Assembly: GCA_040954595.2 (NCBI GenBank)
Contig: CM082584.2
Location: forward strand, 7,149,919 to 7,213,918
Length of the DNA stretch: 64,000 nt
Direction of reading: 5' to 3'
DNA from: Balanoglossus misakiensis
Lineage: Eukaryota; Animalia; Hemichordata
Shown here: in pieces, positions 14,501-28,011 of the stretch
How the letters are laid out: every line of letters begins with the position of its first letter
How positions within the stretch are numbered: position 1 is the first letter of the stretch
Made by a program: the position numbers and the translations under genes
Notes under the pieces: model-generated
Databases searched by the model: none
Told to the model about the DNA's origin: nothing
The model's input: the letters and a program-made list of their open reading frames with translations, nothing else

Positions 14501-17500
14501 CATTTTTTCGAAAAAACCATGGGTTATAGCCCATGAAAATCATCCAAAAATGACAATTTTTCGACTTTCCGAGATATCAAAATTTCTTCATTTTTTCGAA
14601 AAAACCATGGGTTATAGCCCATGAAAATCATCCAAAAATGACAATTTTTCGACTTTCCGAGATATCAAAATTTCTTCATTTTTTCGAAAAAACCATGGGT
14701 TATAGCCCATGAAAATCATCCAAAAATGACAATTTTTCGACTTTCCGAGATATCAAAATTTCTTCATTTTTTCGAAAAAACCATGGGTTATAGCCCATGA
14801 AAATCATCCAAAAATGACAATTTTTCGACTTTTCGAGATATCAAAATTTCTTCATTTTTTCGAAAAAACCATGGGTTATAGCCCATGAAAATCATCCAAA
14901 AATGACAATTTTTCGACTTTCCGAGATATCAAAATTTCTTCATTTTTTCGAAAAAACCATGGGTTATAGCCCATGAAAATCATCCAAAAATGACAATTTT
15001 TCGACTTTCCGAGATATCAAAATTTCTTCATTTTTTCGAAAAAACCATGGGTTATAGCCCATGAAAATCATCCAAAAATGACAATTTTTCGACTTTCCGA
15101 GATATCAAAATTTCTTCATTTTTTCGAAAAAACCATGGGTTATAGCCCATGAAAATCATCCAAAAATGACAATTTTTCGACTTTCCGAGATATCAAAATT
15201 TCTTCATTTTTTCGAAAAAACCATGGGTTATAGCCCATGAAAATCATCCAAAAATGACAATTTTTCGACTTTCCGAGATATCATAATTTCTTCATTTTTT
15301 CGAAAAAACCATGGGTTATAGCCCAGGAAAATCATCCAAAAATGACAATTTTTCGACTTTCCGAGATATCAAAATTTCTTCATTTTTTCGAAAAAACCAT
15401 GGGTTATAGCCCATGAAAATCATCCAAAAATGACAATTTTTCGACTTTCCGAGATATCAAAATTTCTTCATTTTTTCGAAAAAACCATGGGTTATAGCCC
15501 ATGAAAATCATCCAAAAATGACAATTTTTTGACTTTCCGAGATATCAAAATTTCTTCATTTTTTCGAAAAAACCATGGATTATAGCCCATGAAAATCATC
15601 CAAAAATGACAATTTTTCGACTTTCCGAGATATCAAAATTTCTTCATTTTTTCGAAAAAACCATGGGTTATAGCCCATGAAAATCATCCAAAAATGACAA
15701 TTTTTCGACTTTCCGAGATATCAAAATTTCTTCATTTTTTCGAAAAAACCATGGGTTATAGCCCATGAAAATCATCCAAAAATGACAATTTTTCGACTTT
15801 CCGAGATATCAAAATTTCTTCATTTTTTCGAAAAAACCATGGGTTATAGCCCATGAAAATCATCCAAAAATGACAATTTTTCGACTTTCCGAGATATCAA
15901 AATTTCTTCATTTTTTCGAAAAAACCATGGGTTATAGCCCATGAAAATCATCCAAAAATGACAATTTTTCGACTTTCCGAGATATCAAAATTTCTTCATT
16001 TTTTCGAAAAAACCATGGGTTATAGCCCATGAAAATCATCCAAAAATGACAATTTTTCGACTTTCCGAGATATCAAAATTTCTTCATTTTTTCGAAAAAA
16101 CCATGGGTTATAGCCCATGAAAATCATCCAAAAATGACAATTTTTCGACTTTCCGAGATATCAAAATTTCTTCATTTTTTCGAAAAACCATGGGTTATAG
16201 CCCATGAAAATCATCCAAAAATGACAATTTTTCGACTTTCCGAGATATCAAAATTTCTTCATTTTTTCGAAAAAACCATGGGTTATAGCCCATGAAAATC
16301 ATCCAAAAATGACAATTTTTCGACTTTCCGAGATATCAAAATTTCTTCATTTTTTCGAAAAAACCATGGGTTATAGCCCATGAAAATCATCCAAAAATGA
16401 CAATTTTTCGACTTTCCGAGATATCAAAATTTCTTCATTTTTTCGAAAAAACCATGGGTTATAGCCCATGAAAATCATCCAAAAATGACAATTTTTCGAC
16501 TTTCCGAGATATCAAAATTTCTTCATTTTTTCGAAAAAACCATGGGTTATAGCCCATGAAAATCATCCAAAAATGACAATTTTTCGACTTTCCGAGATAT
16601 CAAAATTTCTTCATTTTTTCGAAAAAACCATGGGTTATAGCCCATGAAAATCATCCAAAAATGACAATTTTTCGACTTTCCGAGATATCAAAATTTCTTC
16701 ATTTTTTCGAAAAAACCATGGGTTATAGCCCATGAAAATCATCCAAAAATGACAATTTTTCGACTTTCCGAGATATCAAAATTTCTTCATTTGTTCGAAA
16801 AAACCATGGGTTATAGCCCATGAAAATCATCCAAAAATGACAATTTTTCGACTTTCCGAGATATCAAAATTTCTTCATTTTTACGAAAAAACCATGGGTT
16901 ATAGCCCATGAAAATCATCCAAAAATGACAATTTTTCGACTTTCCGAGATATCAAAATTTCTTCATTTTTTCGAAAAAACCATGGGTTATAGCCCATGAA
17001 AATCATCCAAAAATGACAATTTTTCGACTTTCCGAGATATCAAAATTTCTTCATTTTTTCGAAAAAACCATGGGTTATAGCCCATGAAAATCATCCAAAA
17101 ATGACAATTTTTCGACTTTCCGAGATATCAAAATTTCTTCATTTTTTCGAAAAAACCATGGGTTATAGCCCATGAAAATCATCCAAAAATGACAATTTTT
17201 CGACTTTCCGAGATATCAAAATTTCTTCATTTTTTCGAAAAAACCATGGGTTATAGCCCATGAAAATCATCCAAAAATGACAATTTTTCGACTTTCCGAG
17301 ATATCAAAATTTCTTCATTTTTTCGAAAATCATCCAAAAATGACAATTTTTCGACTTTCCGAGATATCAAAATTTCTTCATTTTTTCGAAAAAACCATGG
17401 GTTATAGCCCATGAAAATCATCCAAAAATGACAATTTTTCGACTTTCCGAGATATCAAAATTTCTTCATTTTTTCGAAAAAACCATGGGTTATAGCCCAT

Positions 17501-20500
17501 GAAAATCATCCAAAAATGATAATTTTTCGACTTTCCGAGATATCAAAATTTCTTCATTTTTTCGAAAAAACCATGGGTTATAGCCCATGAAAATCATCCA
17601 AAAATGACAATTTTTCGACTTTCCGAGATATCAAAATTTCTTCATTTTTTCGAAAAAAACATGGGTTATAGCCCATGAAAATCATCCAAAAATGACAATT
17701 TTTCGACTTTCCGAGATATCAAAATTTCTTCATTTTTTCGAAAAAACCATGGGTTATAGCCCATGAAAATCATCCAAAAATGACAATTTTTCGACTTTCC
17801 GAGATATCAAAATTTCTTCATTTTTTCGAAAAAACCATGGGTTATAGCCCATGAAAATCATCCAAAAATGACAATTTTTCGACTTTCCGAGATATCAAAA
17901 TTTCTTCATTTTTTCGAAAAAACCATGGGTTATAGCCCATGAAAATCATCCAAAAATGACAATTTTTCGACTTTCCGAGATATCAAAATTTCTTCATTTT
18001 TTCGAAAAAACCATGGGTTATAGCCCATGAAAATCATCCAAAAATGACAATTTTTCGACTTTCCGAGATATCAAAATTTCTTCATTTTTTCGAAAAAACC
18101 ATGGGTTATAGCCCATGAAAATCATCCAAAAATGACAATTTTTCGACTTTCCGAGATATCAAAATTTCTTCATTTTTTCGAAAAAACCATGGGTTATAGC
18201 CCATGAAAATCATCCAAAAATGACAATTTTTCGACTTTCCGAGATATCAAAATTTCTTCATTTTTTCGAAAAAAACATGGGTTATAGCCCATGAAAATCA
18301 TCCAAAAATGACAATTTTTCGACTTTCCGAGATATCAAAATTTCTTCATTTTTTCGAAAAACCATGGGTTATAGCCCATGAAAATCATCCAAAAATGACA
18401 ATTTTTCGACTTTCCGAGATATCAAAATTTCTTCATTTTTTCGAAAAAACCATGGGTTATAGCCCATGAAAATCATCCAAAAATGACAATTTTTCGACTT
18501 TCCGAGATATCAAAATTTCTTCATTTTTTCGAAAAAACCATGGGTTATAGCCCATGAAAATCATCCAAAAATGACAATTTTTCGACTTTCCGAGATATCA
18601 AAATTTCTTCATTTTTTCGAAAAAACCATGGGTTATAGCCCATGAAAATCATCCAAAAATGACAATTTTTCGACTTTCCGAGATATCAAAATTTCTTCAT
18701 TTTTTCGAAAAAACCATGGGTTATAGCCCATGAAAATCATCCGAAAATGACAATTTTTCGACTTTCCGAGATATCAAAATTTCTTCATTTTTTCGAAAAA
18801 ACCATGGGTTATAGCCCATGAAAATCATCCAAAAATGACAATTTTTCGACTTTCCGAGATATCAAAATTTCTTCATTTTTTCGAAAAAACCATGGGTTAT
18901 AGCCCATGAAAATCATCCAAAAATGACAATTTTTCGACTTTCCGAGATATCAAAATTTCTTCATTTGTTCGAAAAAACCATGGGTTATAGCCCATGAAAA
19001 TCATCCAAAAATGACAATTTTTCGACTTTCCGAGATATCAAAATTTCTTCATTTTTACGAAAAAACCATGGGTTATAGCCCATGAAAATCATCCAAAAAT
19101 GACAATTTTTCGACTTTCCGAGATATCAAAATTTCTTCATTTTTTCGAAAAAACCATGGGTTATAGCCCATGAAAATCATCCAAAAATGACAATTTTTCG
19201 ACTTTCCGAGATATCAAAATTTCTTCATTTTTTCGAAAAAACCATGGGTTATAGCCCATGAAAATCATCCAAAAATGACAATTTTTCGACTTTCCGAGAT
19301 ATCAAAATTTCTTCATTTTTTCGAAAAAACCATGGGTTATAGCCCATGAAAATCATCCAAAAATGACAATTTTTCGACTTTCCGAGATATCAAAATTTCT
19401 TCATTTTTTCGAAAAAACCATGGGTTATAGCCCATGAAAATCATCCAAAAATGACAATTTTTCGACTTTCCGAGATATCAAAATTTCTTCATTTTTTCGA
19501 AAATCATCCAAAAATGACAATTTTTCGACTTTCCGAGATATCAAAATTTCTTCATTTTTTCGAAAAAACCATGGGTTATAGCCCATGAAAATCATCCAAA
19601 AATGACAATTTTTCGACTTTCCGAGATATCAAAATTTCTTCATTTTTTCGAAAAAAACATGGGTTATAGCCCATGAAAATCATCCAAAAATGATAATTTT
19701 TCGACTTTCCGAGATATCAAAATTTCTTCATTTTTTCGAAAAAACCATGGGTTATAGCCCATGAAAATCATCCAAAAATGACAATTTTTCGACTTTCCGA
19801 GATATCAAAATTTCTTCATTTTTTCGAAAAAACCATGGGTTATAGCCCATGAAAATCATCCAAAAATGATAATTTTTCGACTTTCCGAGATATCAAAATT
19901 TCTTCATTTTTTCGAAAAAAACCATGGGTTATAGCCCATGAAAATCATCCAAAAATGACAATTTTTCGACTTTCCGAGATATCAAAATTTCTTCATTTTT
20001 TCGAAAAAACCATGGGTTATAGCCCATGAAAATCATCCAAAAATGACAATTTTTCGACTTTCCGAGATATCAAAATTTCTTCATTTTTTCGAAAAAACCA
20101 TGGGTTATAGCCCATGAAAATCATCCAAAAATGACAATTTTTCGACTTTCCGAGATATCAAAATTTCTTCATTTTTTCGAAAAAACCATGGGTTATAGCC
20201 CATGAAAATCATCCAAAAATGACAATTTTTCGACTTTCCGAGATATCAAAATTTCTTCATTTTTTCGAAAAAACCATGGGTTATAGCCCATGAAAATCAT
20301 CCAAAAATGACAATTTTTCGACTTTCCGAGATATCAAAATTTCTTCATTTTTTCGAAAAAACCATGGGTTATAGCCCATGAAAATCATCCAAAAATGACA
20401 ATTTTTCGACTTTCCGAGATATCAAAATTTCTTCATTTTTTCGAAAAAACCATGGGTTATAGCCCATGAAAATCATCCAAAAATGACAATTTTTCGACTT

Positions 20501-23500
20501 TCCGAGATATCAAAATTTCTTCATTTTTTCGAAAAAACCATGGGTTATAGCCCATGAAAATCATCCAAAAATGACAATTTTTCGACTTTCCGAGATATCA
20601 AAATTTCTTCATTTTTTCGAAAAAACCATGGGTTATAGCCCATGAAAATCATCCAAAAATGACAATTTTTCGACTTTCCGAGATATCAAAATTTCTTCAT
20701 TTTTTCGAAAAAACCATGGGTTATAGCCCATGAAAATCATCCAAAAATGACAATTTTTCGACTTTCCGAGATATCAAAATTTCTTCATTTTTTCGAAAAA
20801 ACCATGGGTTATAGCCCATGAAAATCATCCAAAAATGACAATTTTTCGACTTTCCGAGATATCAAAATTTCTTCATTTTTTCGAAAAAACCATGGGTTAT
20901 AGCCCATGAAAATCATCCAAAAATGACAATTTTTCGACTTTCCGAGATATCAAAATTTCTTCATTTTTTCGAAAAAACCATGGGTTATAGCCCATGAAAA
21001 TCATCCAAAAATGACAATTTTTCGACTTTCCGAGATATCAAAATTTCTTCATTTTTTCGAAAAAACCATGGGTTATAGCCCATGAAAATCATCCAAAAAT
21101 GACAATTTTTCGACTTTCCGAGATATCAAAATTTCTTCATTTTTTCGAAAAAACCATGGGTTATAGCCCATGAAAATCATCCAAAATTGACAATTTTTCG
21201 ACTTTCCGAGATATCAAAATTTCTTCATTTTTTCGAAAAAACCATGGGTTATAGCCCATGAAAATCATCCAAAAATGACAATTTTTCGACTTTCCGAGAT
21301 ATCAAAATTTCTTCATTTTTTCGAAAAAACCATGGGTTATAGCCCATGAAAATCATCCAAAAATGACAATTTTTCGACTTTCCGAGATATCAAAATTTCT
21401 TCATTTTTTCGAAAAAACCATGGGTTATAGCCCATGAAAATCATCCAAAAATGACAATTTTTCGACTTTCCGAGATATCAAAATTTCTTCATTTTTTCGA
21501 AAAAACCATGGGTTATAGCCCATGAAAATCATCCAAAAATGACAATTTTTCGACTTTCCGAGATATCAAAATTTCTTCATTTTTTCGAAAAAACCATGGG
21601 TTATAGCCCATGAAAATCATCCAAAAATGACAATTTTTCGACTTTCCGAGATATCAAAATTTCTTCATTTTTTCGAAAAAACCATGGGTTATAGCCCATG
21701 AAAATCATCCAAAAATGACAATTTTTCGACTTTCCGAGATATCAAAATTTCTTCATTTTTTCGAAAAAACCATGGGTTATAGCCCATGAAAATCATCCAA
21801 AAATGACAATTTTTCGACTTTCCGAGATATCAAAATTTCTTCATTTTTTCGAAAAAACCATGGGTTATAGCCCGTGAAAATCATCCCAAAATGACAATTT
21901 TTCGACTTTCCGAGATATCAAAATTTCTTCATTTTTTCGAAAAAACCATGGGTTATAGCCCGTGAAAATCATCCCAAAATGACAATTTTTCGACTTTCCG
22001 AGATATCAAAATTTCTTCATTTTTTCGAAAAAACCATGGGTTATAGCCCATGAAAATCATCCCAAAATGACAATTTTTCGACTTTCCGAGATATCAAAAT
22101 TTCTTCATTTTTTCGAAAAAAACATGGGTTATAGCCCATGAAAATCATCCCAAAATGACAATTTTTCGACTTTCCGAGATATCAAAATTTCTTCATTTTT
22201 TCGAAAAAACCATGGGTTATAGCCCATGAAAATCATCCCAAAATGACAATTTTTCGACTTTCCGAGATATCAAAATTTCTTCATTTTTTCGAAAAAACCA
22301 TGGGTTATAGCCCATGAAAATCATCCCAAAATGACAATTTTTCGACTTTCCGAGATATCAAAATTTCTTCATTTTTTCGAAAAAACCATGGGTTATAGCC
22401 CATGAAAATCATCCAAAAATGACAATTTTTCGACTTTCCGAGATATCAAAATTTCTTCATTTTTTCGAAAAAACCATGGGTTATAGCCCATGAAAATCAT
22501 CCAAAAATGACAATTTTTCGACTTTCCGAGATATCAAAATTTCTTCATTTTTTCGAAAAAACCATGGGTTATAGCCCATGAAAATCATCCAAAAATGACA
22601 ATTTTTCGACTTTCCGAGATATCAAAATTTCTTCATTTTTTCGAAAAAACCATGGGTTATAGCCCATGAAAATCATCCAAAAATGACAATTTTTCGACTT
22701 TCCGAGATATCAAAATTTCTTCATTTTTTCGAAAAAACCATGGGTTATAGCCCATGAAAATCATCCAAAAATGACAATTTTTCGACTTTCCGAGATATCA
22801 AAATTTCTTCATTTTTTCGAAAAAACCATGGGTTATAGCCCATGAAAATCATCCAAAAATGACAATTTTTCGACTTTCCGAGATATCAAAATTTCTTCAT
22901 TTTTTCGAAAAAACCATGGGTTATAGCCCATGAAAATCATCCAAAAATGACAATTTTTCGACTTTCCGAGATATCAAAATTTCTTCATTTTTTCGAAAAA
23001 ACCATGGGTTATAGCCCATGAAAATCATCCAAAAATGACAATTTTTCGACTTTCCGAGATATCAAAATTTCTTCATTTTTTCGAAAAAACCATGGGTTAT
23101 AGCCCATGAAAATCATCCAAAAATGACAATTTTTCGACTTTCCGAGATATCAAAATTTCTTCATTTTTTCGAAAAAACCATGGGTTATAGCCCATGAAAA
23201 TCATCCAAAAATGACAATTTTTCGACTTTCCGAGATATCAAAATTTCTTCATTTTTTCGAAAAAACCATGGGTTATAGCCCATGAAAATCATCCAAAAAT
23301 GACAATTTTTCGACTTTCCGAGATATCAAAATTTCTTCATTTTTTCGAAAAAACCATGGGTTATAGCCCATGAAAATCATCCAAAAATGACAATTTTTCG
23401 ACTTTCCGAGATATCAAAATTTCTTCATTTTTTCGAAAAAACCATGGGTTATAGCCCATGAAAATCATCCAAAAATGACAATTTTTCGACTTTCCGAGAT

Positions 23501-26369
23501 ATCAAAATTTCTTCATTTTTTCGAAAAAACCATGGGTTATAGCCCATGAAAATCATCCAAAAATGACAATTTTTCGACTTTCCGAGATATCAAAATTTCT
23601 TCATTTTTTCGAAAAAACCATGGGTTATAGCCCATGAAAATCATCCAAAAATGACAATTTTTCGACTTTCCGAGATATCAAAATTTCTTCATTTTTTCGA
23701 AAAAGCCATGGGTTATAGCCCATGAAAATCATCCAAAAATGACAATTTTTCGACTTTCCGAGATATCAAAATTTCTTCATTTTTTCGAAAAAACCATGGG
23801 TTATAGCCCATGAAAATCATCCAAAAATGACAATTTTTCGACTTTCCGAGATATCAAAATTTCTTCATTTTTTCGAAAAAGCCATGGGTTATAGCCCATG
23901 AAAATCATCCCAAAATGACAATTTTTCGACTTTCCGAGATATCAAAATTTCTTCATTTTTTCGAAAAAACCATGGGTTATAGCCCATGAAAATCATCCAA
24001 AAATGACAATTTTTCGACTTTCCGAGATATCAAAATTTCTTCATTTTTTCGAAAAAACCATGGGTTATAGCCCATGAAAATCATCCAAAAATGACAATTT
24101 TTCGACTTTCCGAGATATCAAAATTTCTTCATTTTTTCGAAAAAACCATGGGTTATAGCCCATGAAAATCATCCAAAAATGACAATTTTTCGACTTTCCG
24201 AGATATCAAAATTTCTTCATTTTTTCGAAAAAACCATGGGTTATAGCCCATGAAAATCATCCAAAAATGACAATTTTTCGACTTTCCGAGATATCAAAAT
24301 TTCTTCATTTTTTCGAAAAAACCATGGGTTATAGCCCATGAAAATCATCCAAAAATGACAATTTTTCGACTTTCCGAGATATCAAAATTTCTTCATTTTT
24401 TCGAAAAAACCATGGGTTATAGCCCATGAAAATCATCCAAAAATGACAATTTTTCGACTTTCCGAGATATCAAAATTTCTTCATTTTTTCGAAAAAACCA
24501 TGGGTTATAGCCCATGAAAATCATCCAAAAATGACAATTTTTCGACTTTCCGAGATATCAAAATTTCTTCATTTTTTCGAAAAAACCATGGGTTATAGCC
24601 CATGAAAATCATCCAAAAATGACAATTTTTCGACTTTCCGAGATATCAAAATTTCTTCATTTTTTCGAAAAAACCATGGGTTATAGCCCATGAAAATCAT
24701 CCAAAAATGACAATTTTTCGACTTTCCGAGATATCAAAATTTCTTCATTTTTTCGAAAAAACCATGGGTTATAGCCCATGAAAATCATCCAAAAATGACA
24801 ATTTTTCGACTTTCCGAGATATCAAAATTTCTTCATTTTTTCGAAAAAACCATGGGTTATAGCCCATGAAAATCATCCAAAAATGACAATTTTTCGACTT
24901 TCCGAGATATCAAAATTTCTTCATTTTTTCGAAAAAACCATGGGTTATAGCCCATGAAAATCATCCAAAAATGACAATTTTTCGACTTTCCGAGATATCA
25001 AAATTTCTTCATTTTTTCGAAAAAACCATGGGTTATAGCCCATGAAAATCATCCAAAAATGACAATTTTTCGACTTTCCGAGATATCAAAATTTCTTCAT
25101 TTTTTCGAAAAAACCATGGGTTATAGCCCATGAAAATCATCCAAAAATGACAATTTTTCGACTTTCCGAGATATCAAAATTTCTTCATTTTTTCGAAAAA
25201 ACCATGGGTTATAGCCCATGAAAATCATCCAAAAATGACAATTTTTCGACTTTCCGAGATATCAAAATTTCTTCATTTTTTCGAAAAAACCATGGGTTAT
25301 AGCCCATGAAAATCATCCAAAAATGACAATTTTTCGACTTTCCGAGATATCAAAATTTCTTCATTTTTTCGAAAAAACCATGGGTTATAGCCCATGAAAA
25401 TCGTCCAAAAATGACAATTTTTCGACTTTCCGAGATATCAAAATTTCTTCATTTTTTCGAAAAAACCATGGGTTATAGCCCATGAAAATCATCCAAAAAT
25501 GACAATTTTTCGACTTTCCGAGATATCAAAATTTCTTCATTTTTTCGAAAAAACCATGGGTTATAGCCCATGAAAATCATCCAAAAATGACAATTTTTCG
25601 ACTTTCCGAGATATCAAAATTTCTTCATTTTTTCGAAAAAACCATGGGTTATAGCCCATGAAAATCATCTAAAAATGACAATTTTTCGACTTTCCGAGAT
25701 ATCAAAATTTCTTCATTTTTTCGAAAAAACCATGGGTTATAGCCCATGAAAATCATCCAAAAATGACAATTTTTCGACTTTCCGAGATATCAAAATTTCT
25801 TCATTTTTTCGAAAAAACCATGGGTTATAGCCCATGAAAATCATCCAAAAATGATAATTTTTCGACTTTCCGAGATATCAAAATTTCTTCATTTTTTCGA
25901 AAAAACCATGGGTTATAGCCCATGAAAATCATCCAAAAATGACAATTTTTCGACTTTCCGAGATATCAAAATTTCTTCATTTTTTCGAAAAAACCATGGG
26001 TTATAACCATGGGTTATAGCCCATGAAAATCATCCAAAAATGACAATTTTTCGACTTTCCGAGATATCAAAATTTCTTCCCTTTTTCGAAAAAACCATGG
26101 GTTACAGCCCATGAAAATCATATAAAAATGACAATTTTTCGACTTTCCGAAATATCAAAATTTCTTCATTTTTTCGAAAAAACCATGGGTTACAGCTCAT
26201 GAAAATCATCCAAAAATGACAATTTTTCGACTTTCCGAAATATCAAAATTTCTTCATTTTTTCGAAAAAGTCATGGGTTATAGCTCATGAAAATCATCCA
26301 AAAATGACAATTTTTCGACTTTCCGAAATATCAAAATTTCTTCATCTTTTCGAAAAAATCATGGGTTAT
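5589..26369. repeat. 88-bp tandem satellite array, ~20.8 kb, ~236 copies
   Basis: Consensus ATGACAATTTTTCGACTTTCCGAGATATCAAAATTTCTTCATTTTTTCGAAAAAACCATGGGTTATAGCCCATGAAAATCATCCAAAA. The period was measured as 88 (e.g. 6481 to 6569). Most central copies are identical and there are no spacers. Confidence 0.99.
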
Positions 26370-26996
26370 TAGCAGATGATGAGAAAATGTTGAGGCATGT
26401 ACTTCCTGAAGGTATATTAATCTATAGTACATTTGCCTTTGAGCAGGAAATGATAAAAATTTGTCATCCATTTCTGGCTATATGTTCCAAATTTCAATGT
26501 TTGTGGGTAGCATGTAGAACTCGTTTAAACTTTTCACATCTTCAATAACCAGCTGCTTAATCCCTGAATATGTCATAGGTCACATTCATAATTTTTATAA
26601 ACCCCAATGATTTCACAGAAGAAAAACACTGAAATATAGTCAGGGTCCCCAAAAAGAGAGAGCGGACAACTTTAAATGAATATTGCAAGCTTTCTTTATT
26701 CACATCATAAATAAAACGGCTGACAAGTTTGTAATGCTCTGACAACCAATATTACAGTGTACAGTGCAGTGCACCATCAACTTTTCTTGTCTTCTACTAA
26801 ATTTTGTCCCATAGGACCAAATCACGATCGATTTTACACTAGCTGTTGAGTGTTCAGCATTCTACATATAATAAAGGATGTAATCATAATTCATTGGTAT
26901 AGACATCGGCTCGCGAAAAGCACAAGATACAAAACAAATATCCGATATAATCACACAAATATCAGTGTCCCCGAAAAAGTTGAACATCTTGCAAAC

Positions 26997-27947
26997 TCAA
27001 CCTCGCGACTGGCAGACCCACTGAAATGGCGCCTTCACTATTTTCTTGAAAGCCGATCGAAACTCCCCACTTCTGTACGCATATATTGCCGGATTCACCG
27101 CCGAATTTAAGTTGGAAAAGTTATAGCACACAGCGGTGATCCAGACCACGCTACAAGCATCTCCCTCAAACGCAAGTGTCAGGTAAAATTGCCAAACGAC
27201 AAGCGGCAGGCAGTTCAGAAGCAACGTTCCCAGGACAAGAGACACCGTCTTGACTGCCTTCATCTCCTTCTTGAAGGATGTGTTTTCGAGACTGAGAACT
27301 TGTCCCTGCGCTGCGATTTTCTTTGCTTGTTTTCTGGCGATGCAAAAAATGTGACCGTAGAGGATCAGGATGACGGTGACAGGAGACACGAAGCAAATAA
27401 ACGAGATGACGGTTCCAAATTTTCCGGGCACACCTTCATCCAGGGAACAATGTCCAGCTATTGTTACATTACCGTCGGGTGAGACATCTCCGATGAACAG
27501 TGTAGACACGTAAACAGCCGGTACCAACCACAAAACGACGATCACAGCGGCCACTTTCTTCTTGGTAACCGTTGCGTAGTAGGTCAGAGGATTCGTGATG
27601 GCCTTATGTCGCTCAAATCCGATGGCAAGAAGGTGTAGAATGGAAATCAGCCATCCGATGGCTATAATTGCAATTCGGACGAGACAGTTGTACTCCGCAG
27701 GTATGGGGATGTACTCGTGGTACACAAACATATTAGCACACAAACCAACAGCCACCAACAAGTCTCCAAATGCCAGACTGACTAAATAACAATTGGTGAG
27801 AGTCTGCAAGTTCTTGAATTTAAACACCGATATGATGACTAGAGTGTTACCGAAGCATATGAATGATACGAGAACGGCAAAGACAATACTTGAAAAGACG
27901 ATGTATGAAATATCTTCTTCGACGGGGCAAAATTCTAACTTTGTCAT
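26997..27947 (-). CDS. Class A GPCR paralogue 2, intronless, ~316 aa
   Basis: Same 7TM motifs (GN, SLAFGD, ERH, NPAIY, helix 8). Start placed at Met46 of the ORF track (MTKLEFCP) by alignment with paralogue starts MAELAxCP. Confidence 0.92.
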   Translation of the reverse strand: MTKLEFCPVEEDISYIVFSSIVFAVLVSFICFGNTLVIISVFKFKNLQTLTNCYLVSLAFGDLLVAVGLCANMFVYHEYIPIPAEYNCLVRIAIIAIGWLISILHLLAIGFERHKAITNPLTYYATVTKKKVAAVIVVLWLVPAVYVSTLFIGDVSPDGNVTIAGHCSLDEGVPGKFGTVISFICFVSPVTVILILYGHIFCIARKQAKKIAAQGQVLSLENTSFKKEMKAVKTVSLVLGTLLLNCLPLVVWQFYLTLAFEGDACSVVWITAVCYNFSNLNSAVNPAIYAYRSGEFRSAFKKIVKAPFQWVCQSRG

Positions 27948-28011
27948 GATCACTCTATGACTGTAGATGCTCAGTACAATCAATAAGAACATATTTACGC
28001 GCGTGTAGAAA

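Noticed and set aside
5589-26369. CRISPR-like array (palindromic repeats)
   Set aside because: No unique spacers and no cas genes; the context is eukaryotic and the units are head-to-tail identical.
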